NCBI GenBank assembly: GCA_965203985.1
Contig: CBDBDS010000005.1
Location: 10,074 to 74,073, forward strand
DNA length: 64,000 bases
Direction: 5' to 3'
Origin: Dehalococcoidia bacterium
GTDB taxonomy: Bacteria > Chloroflexota > Dehalococcoidia > Lucifugimonadales > UBA3495
In this document: positions 25,509 to 35,209 of the stretch, piece after piece
Position numbering within the stretch: position 1 is the stretch's first letter
Layout: the number at the start of each line of letters is the position of its first letter
Position numbers and translations under genes: made by a program
The notes under the pieces: model-generated
The model's database searches: none
What the model was told of the DNA's origin: nothing
The model's input: only the letters and a program-made list of their open reading frames with translations

Positions 25509-27785
25509 ATGTTACTGAGCGACACTGCATTCGAAAACGCCGTCAATGAAACGGCACGCCATCTTTGGCCGCAAGCAGCTTACTCCGGTTCGACCACATA
25601 CGGAGGGCGCGAACGCGACGGTGTCTTCGAAACAGACGAAATGGTACACATGATCGAAAGTACCACATCGCGGCGCAAAGAGAAAGCCGAGCAAGATACG
25701 AAAAAACTTGCTCGGCTGGCCAAGAACATGCAATCCCAGCACCCAATGAAAGGAGTGAAGGGATATTTTATAACGCGAGATGAACCCACGGCCGAGCAAC
25801 GAGATGCCGTAAGGCGATTCGGTGACGGGCTAGTTGTCAGCCTCTCGTATTCGCAATTCCGTCGTCAGATGATCGATGCTCAATCCTATCTAGATTGTCG
25901 GATAGATTACCCATTCGGCAGCATGTTTGATAGAGACACCGAATCGCGGACCGAAACCGCCGATTTGATATCTCCCCAATTCACCACGGAGAGAGGGGAT
26001 ATATTGCGTGTATCGAACATCATACAGAGCCTCGCCCAAGGAGATGGTTTTGTTTTGGTGGGAGATTATGGAGCTGGCAAGAGCACCGCTTTGCGCGAAG
26101 TGTTCGTAGCGTTACGATCGAAATATTTTTCCGAGAATCAGACCGGCCGCTTCCCAGTTCACTTGAACCTAAGAGACCACCACGGGCAAACCAACCCTGC
26201 TGAAGCCCTGGAACGCCATGCTCGGAACGTAGGGTTTCAGTCCCCGACTCACTTAGTAAGGGCATGGCACGCGGGTTATCTTACGTTGATCCTAGACGGG
26301 TTCGATGAATTCGCGACGGTAGGTTGGTCAGGCCAAGCTAAACTGCTGCGGGACATCAGGTACACGTCGATGGAGTTAATCCGCAACTTCATGCGCGGTC
26401 CATCGGACACGGGTATCATGATTGCGGGTCGCCAACACTACTTTGACAGCTACTCGGAGCTGTCGCGCAGTCTCGGGTTGCGGCAGCAGACCACACGTCT
26501 TTATATCAATGACTTTAACGAAGATCAGATTCGAGAGTTCCTTTCGAAAAAAGGGTGGAGTGAGGGTATCCCGGCGTGGCTCCCATCTAGACCTTTATTG
26601 CTTGGTTATTTGTTCTCAAGAGGCATGCTGGACCAAGTGATGACGGTAGATCATGGCTCTAGTCCTGCTGCCGGGTGGAACGTTTTTCTCGAACTCACAG
26701 CGCAGAGAGAAGCGGAAATCGAGGCTGGCGTTGACGGAACCGCAGTGCGGCAGATCGTTGAGAACCTGGCGACCAAAGCCCGCAGCAAAAACGATGGCAT
26801 GAGTTCACTGTCGCAAGACGACATTTTGGGTTCATTTCAAAGCGTCTGCGGATTTTCACCCGACGACCGAGGTTTGCTATTGCTTCAAAGACTACCCGGC
26901 TTGGGGGCATCGAGCAGTGACGACGGTTCCCGGGATTTCATAGACGCAGATTTGGTGGATGCCGCCCGGGCGGGGGATGTTTCTCGGTTCGTCGAGGATC
27001 CCTTTACTTTCCATCTCGAGAACCCGAATGCGTGGCAAATTACCCTTGGCCAACTCGGCATAGAGCTTGCTACTTTGCGTTGTCATCAAATGGCGTTCAA
27101 CCAAGGCAAACTGCGGACTGCGGTCCAGCAAGCGGGTAGAGACGGTGAGCAAGGTGCTCTCTGCATGGACCTAGTGCAAGTCTCTAAGGAAATGGGTTTC
27201 GGTTTCACTGGGCAACCAATCACCGTGAGAAATATAATGGTTGCAGACGCCTCATTCGGAGATGATTCTTTAGATTTTTCGAGAATTTCATTCCATGATT
27301 GCCTGTTTCAGCGGTTGGAAATTAGCGGGTCGGCCGATGCGTCACTACTCCCGCATTTTTACGAAAGTTATGTTGGCACCCTTGATGGGCGAGTTTCCAA
27401 AGGGGACTTGCCTCCAAACATATTCGACAGTAAATGTGTTTTCGATTCATTCGGGGACAGTTCGCAAAATACGGCTGCCATATTGGCTTTGCCATTGTCG
27501 AACGGGGCCAAGGTGCTGTTGACAGTTTTGAAAAAACTGTACCTCCAACCAGGGGCTGGCAGAAAGCAATCAGCACTTTTTAGGGGTCTTGACCATCGCT
27601 CCCGGGCTTTGGTGCCGGATGTGTTGCAATTGTTAGTCGCGGAAGGTCTTACGGTCCGGTCTACAGTTGGGGAAGAACCGGTTTGGCTCCCTGTTCGGGA
27701 TGAGGGTGTCCGGGTGCGACGATTAGTGTCATCCCCAATAGGAAGCAACGACCGCTTGCTGAGCGCGGCAAACTCGTTGCGTTGA
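25509..27785 (+). CDS. nuclease-like N-terminus fused to NACHT/STAND NTPase (putative defence protein)
   Basis: RERDGVF..HMIEST..K (PD-(D/E)XK-like); Walker A GDYGAGKST; Walker B LILDGFDE; low GC. Confidence 0.75.
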   Translation: MLLSDTAFENAVNETARHLWPQAAYSGSTTYGGRERDGVFETDEMVHMIESTTSRRKEKAEQDTKKLARLAKNMQSQHPMKGVKGYFITRDEPTAEQRDAVRRFGDGLVVSLSYSQFRRQMIDAQSYLDCRIDYPFGSMFDRDTESRTETADLISPQFTTERGDILRVSNIIQSLAQGDGFVLVGDYGAGKSTALREVFVALRSKYFSENQTGRFPVHLNLRDHHGQTNPAEALERHARNVGFQSPTHLVRAWHAGYLTLILDGFDEFATVGWSGQAKLLRDIRYTSMELIRNFMRGPSDTGIMIAGRQHYFDSYSELSRSLGLRQQTTRLYINDFNEDQIREFLSKKGWSEGIPAWLPSRPLLLGYLFSRGMLDQVMTVDHGSSPAAGWNVFLELTAQREAEIEAGVDGTAVRQIVENLATKARSKNDGMSSLSQDDILGSFQSVCGFSPDDRGLLLLQRLPGLGASSSDDGSRDFIDADLVDAARAGDVSRFVEDPFTFHLENPNAWQITLGQLGIELATLRCHQMAFNQGKLRTAVQQAGRDGEQGALCMDLVQVSKEMGFGFTGQPITVRNIMVADASFGDDSLDFSRISFHDCLFQRLEISGSADASLLPHFYESYVGTLDGRVSKGDLPPNIFDSKCVFDSFGDSSQNTAAILALPLSNGAKVLLTVLKKLYLQPGAGRKQSALFRGLDHRSRALVPDVLQLLVAEGLTVRSTVGEEPVWLPVRDEGVRVRRLVSSPIGSNDRLLSAANSLR

Positions 27786-27853
27786 AGATATGCGGCGGAC
27801 TTCTGACGACCTCCCAGCGCCATTTTCCCGAGCGGCACTTGCCAGTTGAGTCT

Positions 27854-28208
27854 CTACCCCAGCGAGCCCATCCACTCCGCAACCGCCTGCCCAATCTCCG
27901 CCGGCGCGTCCTCCTGGATGAAGTGGTAGCCCGGGACCGTTACCCCCGTCTGGTTGGGCCAGGCGCGGCAGTGCTCGCGTTGGGCGCCGGTTAGGATGAC
28001 GCCCTGGTCGGCGTTGATGAACAGCTTGGGGACGTTGCTGGCGGACAGCCACCGGGAGTAGTCGTCGACGATAGCCACCACGTCGGCCGGCTCGCCGTCC
28101 AGGGGGATCTGCCGGGGCCAGGTCAGGGTCGGGCGGCGGGACTCGCCGGGCCCCAGGTAGGCCCAGTGGAACGCTAGGGCAGAACCCCGGCACGTCGCCC
28201 TGTCCGGT
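27854..28208 (-). pseudogene. internally deleted copy of the haloalkane dehalogenase gene
   Basis: Mosaic of DTGQGD, ALAFHWAY and ESRRPTLTWPRQIPLDG..EWMGSLG segments matching 31686-32570. Confidence 0.85.
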
Positions 28209-28335
28209 ATCTCCGCACGGCATCCAGACCTACCCCGAGTCGTGCTCCGACAGCTAACGCTCAGCGCGCGCCCCAACGACGTTTCCTCTCTATCACTGCG
28301 AGGGCCGGGGGTTGTGGCCACCCTCGGCTCTCGTT
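28209..28335 (+). repeat. diverged copy of amtB1 3' end and terminator
   Basis: atctccgcacggcatccagacctaccccga and gcgagggccgggggttgtggccacc match 25209-25328. Confidence 0.9.
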
Positions 28336-28576
28336 CTTGGTCGATCTCACCGACCGTTTTCAGAGACTCAACAGTAGAGTGCCGCCTGACACAGTCCTCT
28401 CGATGTTGGCCGTATTATCCTTTCAGGCCAACCGCCTTTACCTCGCTGCCCATAAGTCGCGCGGACATGGTCGGTTCGGGACGCATATGGTTCCCGACCC
28501 TTGGATTGGCAATGACGCAATAGCGGACGGACTTCCGCAACGCTCCAATCCGGGCGAAACAGGCCGTAGGTATAAG

Positions 28577-30052
28577 CTACCGGTCCGGCCTGACCCGCAC
28601 CGCGTTGGCCTCGACTTCTCGTTCGGTCTCCGACCTCCGGCGGCGCTTGGCTGACCGCTGCTCCCGCGTCCATGATTTGCGGGTGAACTGGCGACCCAGG
28701 CCACGCTCGATCTCGCGCCACTTACGGTCTTCGTCCGGCGTGATGAACGTGATGGCCTCGCCGGCGCGTCCCATGCGGCCGGTGCGGCCCACCCGGTGGG
28801 TGAACAGCTGCTCCGAGTCGGGGAGATCGTAATTGATGACCTGTCCAATGCCCTCGACGTCCAGGCCTCGCGCCGCCACGTTGGTGGCAACCAGAATCGG
28901 CGCGACCCCCGAGCGGAAGTCCTTCATCACCCGCTCGCGGGCGACCTGGCTGAGGTTGCCCTGCAGGGCGCCCACCGGGTAACCCGCCTCATCCAGTTGT
29001 CTGGCCAGTCTCTTGACGCCGTGCTTGGTCTTCCCGAACACGAGGACCGGCGCCCCGTCCCGGCGATCCAGCAGGATGCGCAGCGCCTCCATCTTGTCGG
29101 TCTTCTGGATGCTGTAAACCAGGTGCTCCACGCTGGGCAGGGTTTCGAAATCGGCGTCCACCGCCACGGTGACCGGATCATGGAGGTGTTTTCTGGCGGT
29201 CTTCACCACCCAGTCCGGCACGGTGGCCGAGAATAGCGCAGTCTGCCGTTGGGTCGGAGTCTCGCTCAAAATGGCGTCGACGTCGCGGGCGAAACCCCTG
29301 TCGAGCATCTCGTCAGCTTCGTCCAGCACCAGGAATCGCACCGATCTCAGCTTCAGGCTGCCCTGCCGGACGTGATCCAATGTCCGGCCCGGGGTGCCGA
29401 TGATGATCTGCGCGCCCTGCTGCAACGCCCGGTGGTCCTTGCCCACCGACCGCCCACCGTACAACAGGGTGACGTGCAGCCCCTGCGGTCGGGCGAGGTC
29501 CTCCACGACGCCGCCCACCTGGATGGCCAACTCGCGGGTCGGCACCAGGACCAGCGCCTGCACCTGCCTGGCGGTGGCGTCGCACTGTTCCACCAGCGGG
29601 ACCGCAAAGGCCAGGGTTTTGCCGGATCCGGTGCGGGCCTGGCCAATGAGATCGCGGCCTTCCAGCAACGGCGGGATCGACTGCTCCTGTATCGGCGTGG
29701 GGTCGGAGATGTTCATGCCCGCGATGGCGGTTCTGGTCCCGGGATTCAGCACCATGCCGGGAAAGACGGATTCGCGTGCAGCGGCTTCAGACCGGCGTTC
29801 ACTAGCGGAGACCGCCGGAGATGCCGATTTGCGACCCTCCGCAGGACGGGAAGAAGCGACACCGTTGCGCCGCAGGTACAGGCAGGAGGGACAATAAACC
29901 GGCCGACCCTCTGTCGGCCGGAAAGGAACGGTGGTGTCGTCTCGGCAGTCCGCGCAAACGGCGGCGTGCCGTTGTGGTCGGTTGATCTGTGGGCTGTAGG
30001 TATGTTTGCGATTATTGGAGCGTGTACCAGTCTGACGGGGTTGAAATGGCAT
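28577..30052 (-). CDS. DEAD-box RNA helicase with N-terminal CxxC-x17-CxxC zinc ribbon
   Basis: PTPIQ, ARTGSGKT, PTRELA, DEAD, SAT, HRVGRTGR; CADC-x17-CPSC. Confidence 0.95.
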   Translation of the reverse strand: MPFQPRQTGTRSNNRKHTYSPQINRPQRHAAVCADCRDDTTVPFRPTEGRPVYCPSCLYLRRNGVASSRPAEGRKSASPAVSASERRSEAAARESVFPGMVLNPGTRTAIAGMNISDPTPIQEQSIPPLLEGRDLIGQARTGSGKTLAFAVPLVEQCDATARQVQALVLVPTRELAIQVGGVVEDLARPQGLHVTLLYGGRSVGKDHRALQQGAQIIIGTPGRTLDHVRQGSLKLRSVRFLVLDEADEMLDRGFARDVDAILSETPTQRQTALFSATVPDWVVKTARKHLHDPVTVAVDADFETLPSVEHLVYSIQKTDKMEALRILLDRRDGAPVLVFGKTKHGVKRLARQLDEAGYPVGALQGNLSQVARERVMKDFRSGVAPILVATNVAARGLDVEGIGQVINYDLPDSEQLFTHRVGRTGRMGRAGEAITFITPDEDRKWREIERGLGRQFTRKSWTREQRSAKRRRRSETEREVEANAVRVRPDR

Positions 30053-30241
30053 GTAGAGAAAGACTCCTTGGTCTCGACAGGAAAAGAATGGGCGGCGCCT
30101 CGCGCCGAGCAAAACCGTGCATTATGATGAAGTTCGTTGCTGCAAAAACCATCAATGCAATTTATCGGACACATCCATTGTAACAGCGCCCCACCGTGGT
30201 CAGCGTCGCTGTGGTCTCGTGCGTACGTAGTTCCGTAAATC

Positions 30242-30351
30242 GTCAGAACCTTGATTTTCAAGATTTGGTGATTATCAGGATTAGTACCGTTCTGTGATGG
30301 ATCTCTCCCAATCCTGCCCAATCATAAAATCCCGCAAATCCTGCTTCTGAC
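30242..30351. repeat. family B palindromic element
   Basis: gtcagaa...ttctgac; closely similar to 60291-60400. Confidence 0.85.
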
Positions 30352-30401
30352 GTTCCCACGCCGCAAGCGGGGCACTCATCAGGCGAGACCGCTCTGGCAC
30401 C

Positions 30402-31667
30402 GTGCGAACCACGGGGGTATACTGGCGCCACATTTTCATACTGCGTATCTGGATACGAGATTTCGACAACTCCGCAGCAGCAGATAAAGAGGGAAGGATT
30501 ATCGCCAACGATACGGTGGGCCCGCCGCACAGCGAACCAGCTAGCAACCGGGGACTCGCAGACGCCACGGCGGGCATTTTGGATGGACGGCAACGCAACG
30601 AGGAATATTTCAAGCTACGGCGTTTGATATTGGAGCACGGGCTCCTGGATCGGCAATACGCTTATTACGCAGTCAAGGTAGCAGTCGCACTCGCGTTTCT
30701 CATCGCCAGCGCGGTCATACTGGTCGTTGTTGACAGCCTGTGGGTGCAGATGCTGAACGTGGCCCTGATGGCAGTCGCGTTCGGCCAGTTCGCCTTCCTG
30801 GGGCACGACTCCGGACACCGTCAGGTCTTCCGGTCGGTGAAGCGTAACGACATGCTCATGATGCTGGCGGCGCTGGTCACGGGTATGGCGCCCAGTTGGT
30901 GGCAGGAAAAGCACATCAAGCATCACGTCATTCCTAACCAGATCGGGCATGATGGCGACATCGAGGTTTCGGTTTTTGCTTTCACCCGCGGGCAGGCTCT
31001 GGAGTCGTGGGGAGTTGCGCGGTTCTTCGTCCGCCATCAAGCCTTCTGGTTCTATCCGATGCTCATGTTCACGTCGTACAGTCTGCTGTTCGCGGGCATC
31101 GTCTTCCTGGCGCGGCCGAAGGGGCTGAAGCATCCGGTCCTGGAACCCATCGTCGTGGCAACCGCGATTGCGGCCTATCTGGCCCTGGTTTTCGCATTCC
31201 TGCCCTTCTGGCACGGGGTCCTGTTCATCGTAGTCCATCGATCTCTGACCGGATTGCACTTGGGCTCAGTGTTTGCTCCCAATCACAAGGGAATGCCGAT
31301 CCTGGGACCCGATACCGAGCTCGATCACCTGCGGCAGCAGGTGCTGACGTCCCGGAACGTCATTCCCAACCCTGTTGTCGATTACATGTACGGCGGGTTG
31401 AACTACCAGATTGAGCACCACCTCTTCCCCAACATGCCTCGCAACCGGCTGAAGGATGCACGGCCCGTGATCAAGGCGTTCTGCGCCGACCACGGGGTTC
31501 CCTATCACGAGACGGGTTTCTGGCGGTCCAATGGCGAGATACTGAGCTATCTGCACGCGGTGAGCGCTCCGCTGCGTCAAAACCGGCGCAAGCCCATGAG
31601 CAGCCTGGACCGCGTGGCCGGAGGTCGCGCTGTGCTGCGGCAGCGGCCGGGGTATGCCCTCTTCTGA
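30402..31667 (+). CDS. membrane fatty acid (acyl-CoA) desaturase
   Basis: His boxes HDSGH, HIKHH, QIEHHLFP; start uncertain. Confidence 0.92.
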   Translation: MRTTGVYWRHIFILRIWIRDFDNSAAADKEGRIIANDTVGPPHSEPASNRGLADATAGILDGRQRNEEYFKLRRLILEHGLLDRQYAYYAVKVAVALAFLIASAVILVVVDSLWVQMLNVALMAVAFGQFAFLGHDSGHRQVFRSVKRNDMLMMLAALVTGMAPSWWQEKHIKHHVIPNQIGHDGDIEVSVFAFTRGQALESWGVARFFVRHQAFWFYPMLMFTSYSLLFAGIVFLARPKGLKHPVLEPIVVATAIAAYLALVFAFLPFWHGVLFIVVHRSLTGLHLGSVFAPNHKGMPILGPDTELDHLRQQVLTSRNVIPNPVVDYMYGGLNYQIEHHLFPNMPRNRLKDARPVIKAFCADHGVPYHETGFWRSNGEILSYLHAVSAPLRQNRRKPMSSLDRVAGGRAVLRQRPGYALF

Positions 31668-31685
31668 ACGGACCTGACAGCGCCA

Positions 31686-32570
31686 CTACCCCAGCGCGGC
31701 CAACCAGTCTGCGATGGCGTGGCCGATTTCGGCGGGGGAGTCCTCCTGGATGAAGTGGTAGCCCGGGACGGTGACCTCGGTTTGGTTGGGCCAGGCGCGG
31801 CAGTGTTCGCGCTGGGCGCCGGTGAGGATGACGCCGGGGTCGGCGTTGATGAACAGCTTGGGGACGTTGCTGGTGGACAGCCATTGGGAGTAGGCATCGA
31901 CGATGGCCACCACGTCGGCGGGCTCGCCGTCCAGAGGGATCTGCCGGGGCCAGGTCAGGGTTGGGCGGCGGGACTCGCCGGGCTCGACGTAGGGACGGCG
32001 GTAGACCTCCATCTCCGGCTCGGTCAGGCCGCGGATCACGCTGGCCGGCAGGATGCGCTCGACGAATACATTGCGCTCCAGGATGATCTGCTCGCCGTCG
32101 GGGGAGCGCATGGACTGGAACAGCCCGCGGGAACGCTCGGGCCACTCCTCCCACGCCAGGGGTCGGACGATGGCCTCCATGTAGGCGATCCCCTTGACCC
32201 GATCCTGGTGTCGGTAGGCCCAGTGGAATGCCAGGGCCGAGCCCCAATCGTGAGCGACCAGGGTGACGTTCTCGGTCAAGCCCAGGGCATCGAACCAGGC
32301 GTCCAGGTAGCGGGCGTGGTCGACGAACCGGTAGGAGCCGTCGGGAGCCCGGTCCGACTCGCCCATACCCAGCAGGTCGGGGGCCAGGCAGCGGGCCATG
32401 CCGGACACGTGGGGGATGACGTTGCGCCACAGGTAGGACGAGGTGGGGTTGCCGTGCAGAAACACCACCGGGTCGCCCTGGCCGGTGTCCACGGTGGATA
32501 GCTCCACGTCCAGGGCCGGCACCCGGCGTCGGGGATGGGGATCGGTAGGGGAGATGGGCTGATCGGCCAT
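31686..32570 (-). CDS. dhaA: haloalkane dehalogenase
   Basis: FLHGNPTSSYLWRN, APDLLGMG, HDWG, RRPTLTWPRQIP, G.HFIQED. Confidence 0.93.
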   Translation of the reverse strand: MADQPISPTDPHPRRRVPALDVELSTVDTGQGDPVVFLHGNPTSSYLWRNVIPHVSGMARCLAPDLLGMGESDRAPDGSYRFVDHARYLDAWFDALGLTENVTLVAHDWGSALAFHWAYRHQDRVKGIAYMEAIVRPLAWEEWPERSRGLFQSMRSPDGEQIILERNVFVERILPASVIRGLTEPEMEVYRRPYVEPGESRRPTLTWPRQIPLDGEPADVVAIVDAYSQWLSTSNVPKLFINADPGVILTGAQREHCRAWPNQTEVTVPGYHFIQEDSPAEIGHAIADWLAALG

Positions 32571-32703
32571 GGAGCGCGCTCCTCATGATCTGGTGGCGCG
32601 CATGGTATCAGGTTGGCCGGGCGGCCGGTGCGACACGCTCCAGGATTGGAATGGACGAAATAGAGCCATTACTGCCCTGGCTTTTACCGGAATCAGCCAT
32701 TAT

Positions 32704-32732
32704 TTGACATTGGAATACAGCGTATTTACACT
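32704..32732 (+). promoter_or_regulatory. sigma70-like promoter with overlapping short inverted repeat
   Basis: TTGACA-17-TACACT; aatac-agc-gtatt in the spacer. Confidence 0.6.
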
Positions 32733-32809
32733 TCGGCCATCGCAAGTTGCTCTTGTCGTCAGGCGGGGCAGATTGAATTCACAGCACGCCGCTATCGGGA
32801 GGAAACGTT

Positions 32810-34486
32810 ATGCCGGAGTTTGACTTGGTAATTCGCGGTGGAACCGTAATCGACGGCACCGGCCTGCCCCGCATCCGCGCCGACGTCGGAATCAAGGACG
32901 GGCGGGTGGCCATGATCAGCGGGCGCATCAGCTCGGCCGGGGCCAAAGAGCTGGACGCCAGCGGGTGCATCGTCGCGCCGGGCGCGGTGGACCTGCACAC
33001 GCACTACGATGCGCAACTGAACTGGGACCCCTACGCGTCGCTGTCGGGATGGTTCGGCGTGACCTCCCTGACCGTGGGGCAGTGCGGTTTCGGCTTCGCG
33101 CCGACGCGGCCCGAGGACCGGGACCTGAACATGCGCATGATGAACCGCATCGAGGCGATCCCGCTGGAGTCGATGCGCCTGGGCATGCGCTGGGACTGGG
33201 AGACCTTCCCCGAATACATGGACAGCCTGGACCGCCAGGGCCTGGGGGTGAACGTCGGCGCGCTGGTGCCCTTCTCCCCGCTGCGGGGCTACGTGCTGGG
33301 CATGATCCCGGCGCGGGAGCGCACCTCGGTCACCGAGGCCGAGCTGAACCAAATGAAGCAGATCCTGTACGACTCCATGAAGGCGGGGGCGTTCGGGTTG
33401 TCCGCCGACAAGAACCTGGAGGACCGCCCCGAGGACGGCAGCTGGCTGCCCAGCCACGTGGCATCGCCGGAGGAGTTCTACGCGCTGTCCCAGGTCCTGA
33501 GCCAGTTCGGCGTCGGCCACCTGGGCTGGACCATCGGCATCTCCGACGACCGGCCCGGCCAGCGGGAGATGCTGGCGGAGATGGTGCGCATGAGCGGGCG
33601 CCCGCTGCACGTCGCGCTGGGCGACGAGGAGGGCTACGACTGGCTGGAGGAAGTCCGGCAGGAAGGGCTCCCCGTGCTGGCGCAGCAGGGCTCGGTGCCG
33701 ACCATCGCCGAGTTCAAGCTCTCCGAGTACAACCTGTTCGACTACATGCCCAACTGGGTGCAGCCGCTGGTGGGCACCAAGGAGGAGCGCATCGCCAAGC
33801 TGTCCGAGGACGGCATCCGCTCCGGCATGAAACGCGACGTCATCGAGCGGCCCCACGCGCGGACTGACTGGACGCAGGTGCAGGTGGTCGAGGTGGCGCT
33901 GGAACGGAACCTCAAATATGAGGGCCTGTCCATCGCCGACATCGCCGAAGCTGAGGGCAAGCACCCGCTGGACGTGTTCCTGGACATCGCCTTGGACGAG
34001 GACCTCGAGACCGAGTTCGCCCACCCGGCCGGCGGGCAGGGCGACGACGCGCGGGCCGAGCGGCTGGTCAACCCCTTCGTCCACATCTCGGTGTCGGACG
34101 GCGGCGCGCACACGCGGTTCCTGGTCAACAGCGTGTGGCCGGTGTATTTCCTGGGTCACTGGATCCGCGACAACGAGCTGATGAGCCTGGAGCAGGCGCA
34201 CCAGAAGATGAGCGCGCTGCCGGCGGCGTTCTCCGACATGAAGGGTCGTGGCACGCTGCGCGTCGGCGACTATGCCGATGTCATGATCTACAACATGGAC
34301 GAGCTGGGACTGCTGTACGACAAGCCACGGTTCGAGACCGACTTCCCCGGCGGCGAGAAGCGGCTGGTGCAGAAGCCCACCGGCATCCGCTACATCCTGG
34401 TCAACGGCGTGGTGACATTCGTCGAGAACGAGTGCACCGGCGAGCTGCCCGGCAAGTTGCTGCGCAGCTACGACATGGTCGGATAG
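32810..34486 (+). CDS. N-acyl-D-amino-acid deacylase-like amidohydrolase
   Basis: PGAVDLHTHYDAQ, GVTS..GQCG, SDGGAH, G.LRVGDYAD. Confidence 0.92.
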   Translation: MPEFDLVIRGGTVIDGTGLPRIRADVGIKDGRVAMISGRISSAGAKELDASGCIVAPGAVDLHTHYDAQLNWDPYASLSGWFGVTSLTVGQCGFGFAPTRPEDRDLNMRMMNRIEAIPLESMRLGMRWDWETFPEYMDSLDRQGLGVNVGALVPFSPLRGYVLGMIPARERTSVTEAELNQMKQILYDSMKAGAFGLSADKNLEDRPEDGSWLPSHVASPEEFYALSQVLSQFGVGHLGWTIGISDDRPGQREMLAEMVRMSGRPLHVALGDEEGYDWLEEVRQEGLPVLAQQGSVPTIAEFKLSEYNLFDYMPNWVQPLVGTKEERIAKLSEDGIRSGMKRDVIERPHARTDWTQVQVVEVALERNLKYEGLSIADIAEAEGKHPLDVFLDIALDEDLETEFAHPAGGQGDDARAERLVNPFVHISVSDGGAHTRFLVNSVWPVYFLGHWIRDNELMSLEQAHQKMSALPAAFSDMKGRGTLRVGDYADVMIYNMDELGLLYDKPRFETDFPGGEKRLVQKPTGIRYILVNGVVTFVENECTGELPGKLLRSYDMVG

Positions 34487-34512
34487 CCCGGTGTCCGAAG
34501 ACACCCGGGTTT

Positions 34513-34603
34513 GTCATTGCGAGGAGCAAAGCGACGTGGCAATCTCGCTCAGTGGAAAACGATTGCTCCAACGACGAGATTGCCGCGCTACGTTCGCAAT
34601 GAC
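34513..34603. repeat. GTCATTGCGAG-type palindromic element
   Basis: gtcattgcgaggagcaaagcgacgtggcaatctc...gagattgccgcgctacgttcgcaatgac. Confidence 0.85.
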
Positions 34604-34676
34604 GGTTTGAGCGGAGACGCGAGCGGCCCCGGAGCGTGAAGTTCCGGGGCCGGTTTCATTCCGATGGCCGAGCGAT

Positions 34677-35045
34677 CTATTCGTCCGGCACCAGCGCCAC
34701 CAGCCGGCCTTCCTGCTGAGTGACGAGGAATGCCTTCATGCGGAAGTCGGGGTTGTTGACGCAGGTGCCCTCGCCCTTCTCGTACTGCCAGCCGTGGCCG
34801 TCGCAGACGAACACCTCGTCGCCCTCGTCCTCGATCTCGCCGCCCTGGTGCGGGCATATGGTGGACAGCAGCTTGTACCCATCGCGGCCGCGCACCAGGA
34901 AATAATTGGCATCGCCCACCTTCACCGGGGCAGGGAGATCGGTGAAAGCGGACTCCTCGCCCAGTTCCACCCTGACCTTTTTCGATCGGGCCGAGCCGCT
35001 GACCTGGCGTAGAGTGACGGTTCCTCTGCGACGTTCGGTAGTCAT
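34677..35045 (-). CDS. Rieske [2Fe-2S] protein
   Basis: CPHQG...CDGHGW. Confidence 0.9.
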   Translation of the reverse strand: MTTERRRGTVTLRQVSGSARSKKVRVELGEESAFTDLPAPVKVGDANYFLVRGRDGYKLLSTICPHQGGEIEDEGDEVFVCDGHGWQYEKGEGTCVNNPDFRMKAFLVTQQEGRLVALVPDE

Positions 35046-35209
35046 TGCAACATCCCCTCCCGACGTTGTGCCGGCGCTGTAGTTTGATTGGTGTCGGCGA
35101 ACGGCGAGAGTATAGCAAAATCTCGACGATTTCTGTCCGTCGGTGGCGGTGCAGGGGAACGAATGCTACACTCGCTGAAAATACGAACCGCACAGCGTAG
35201 GAGGTTGAC

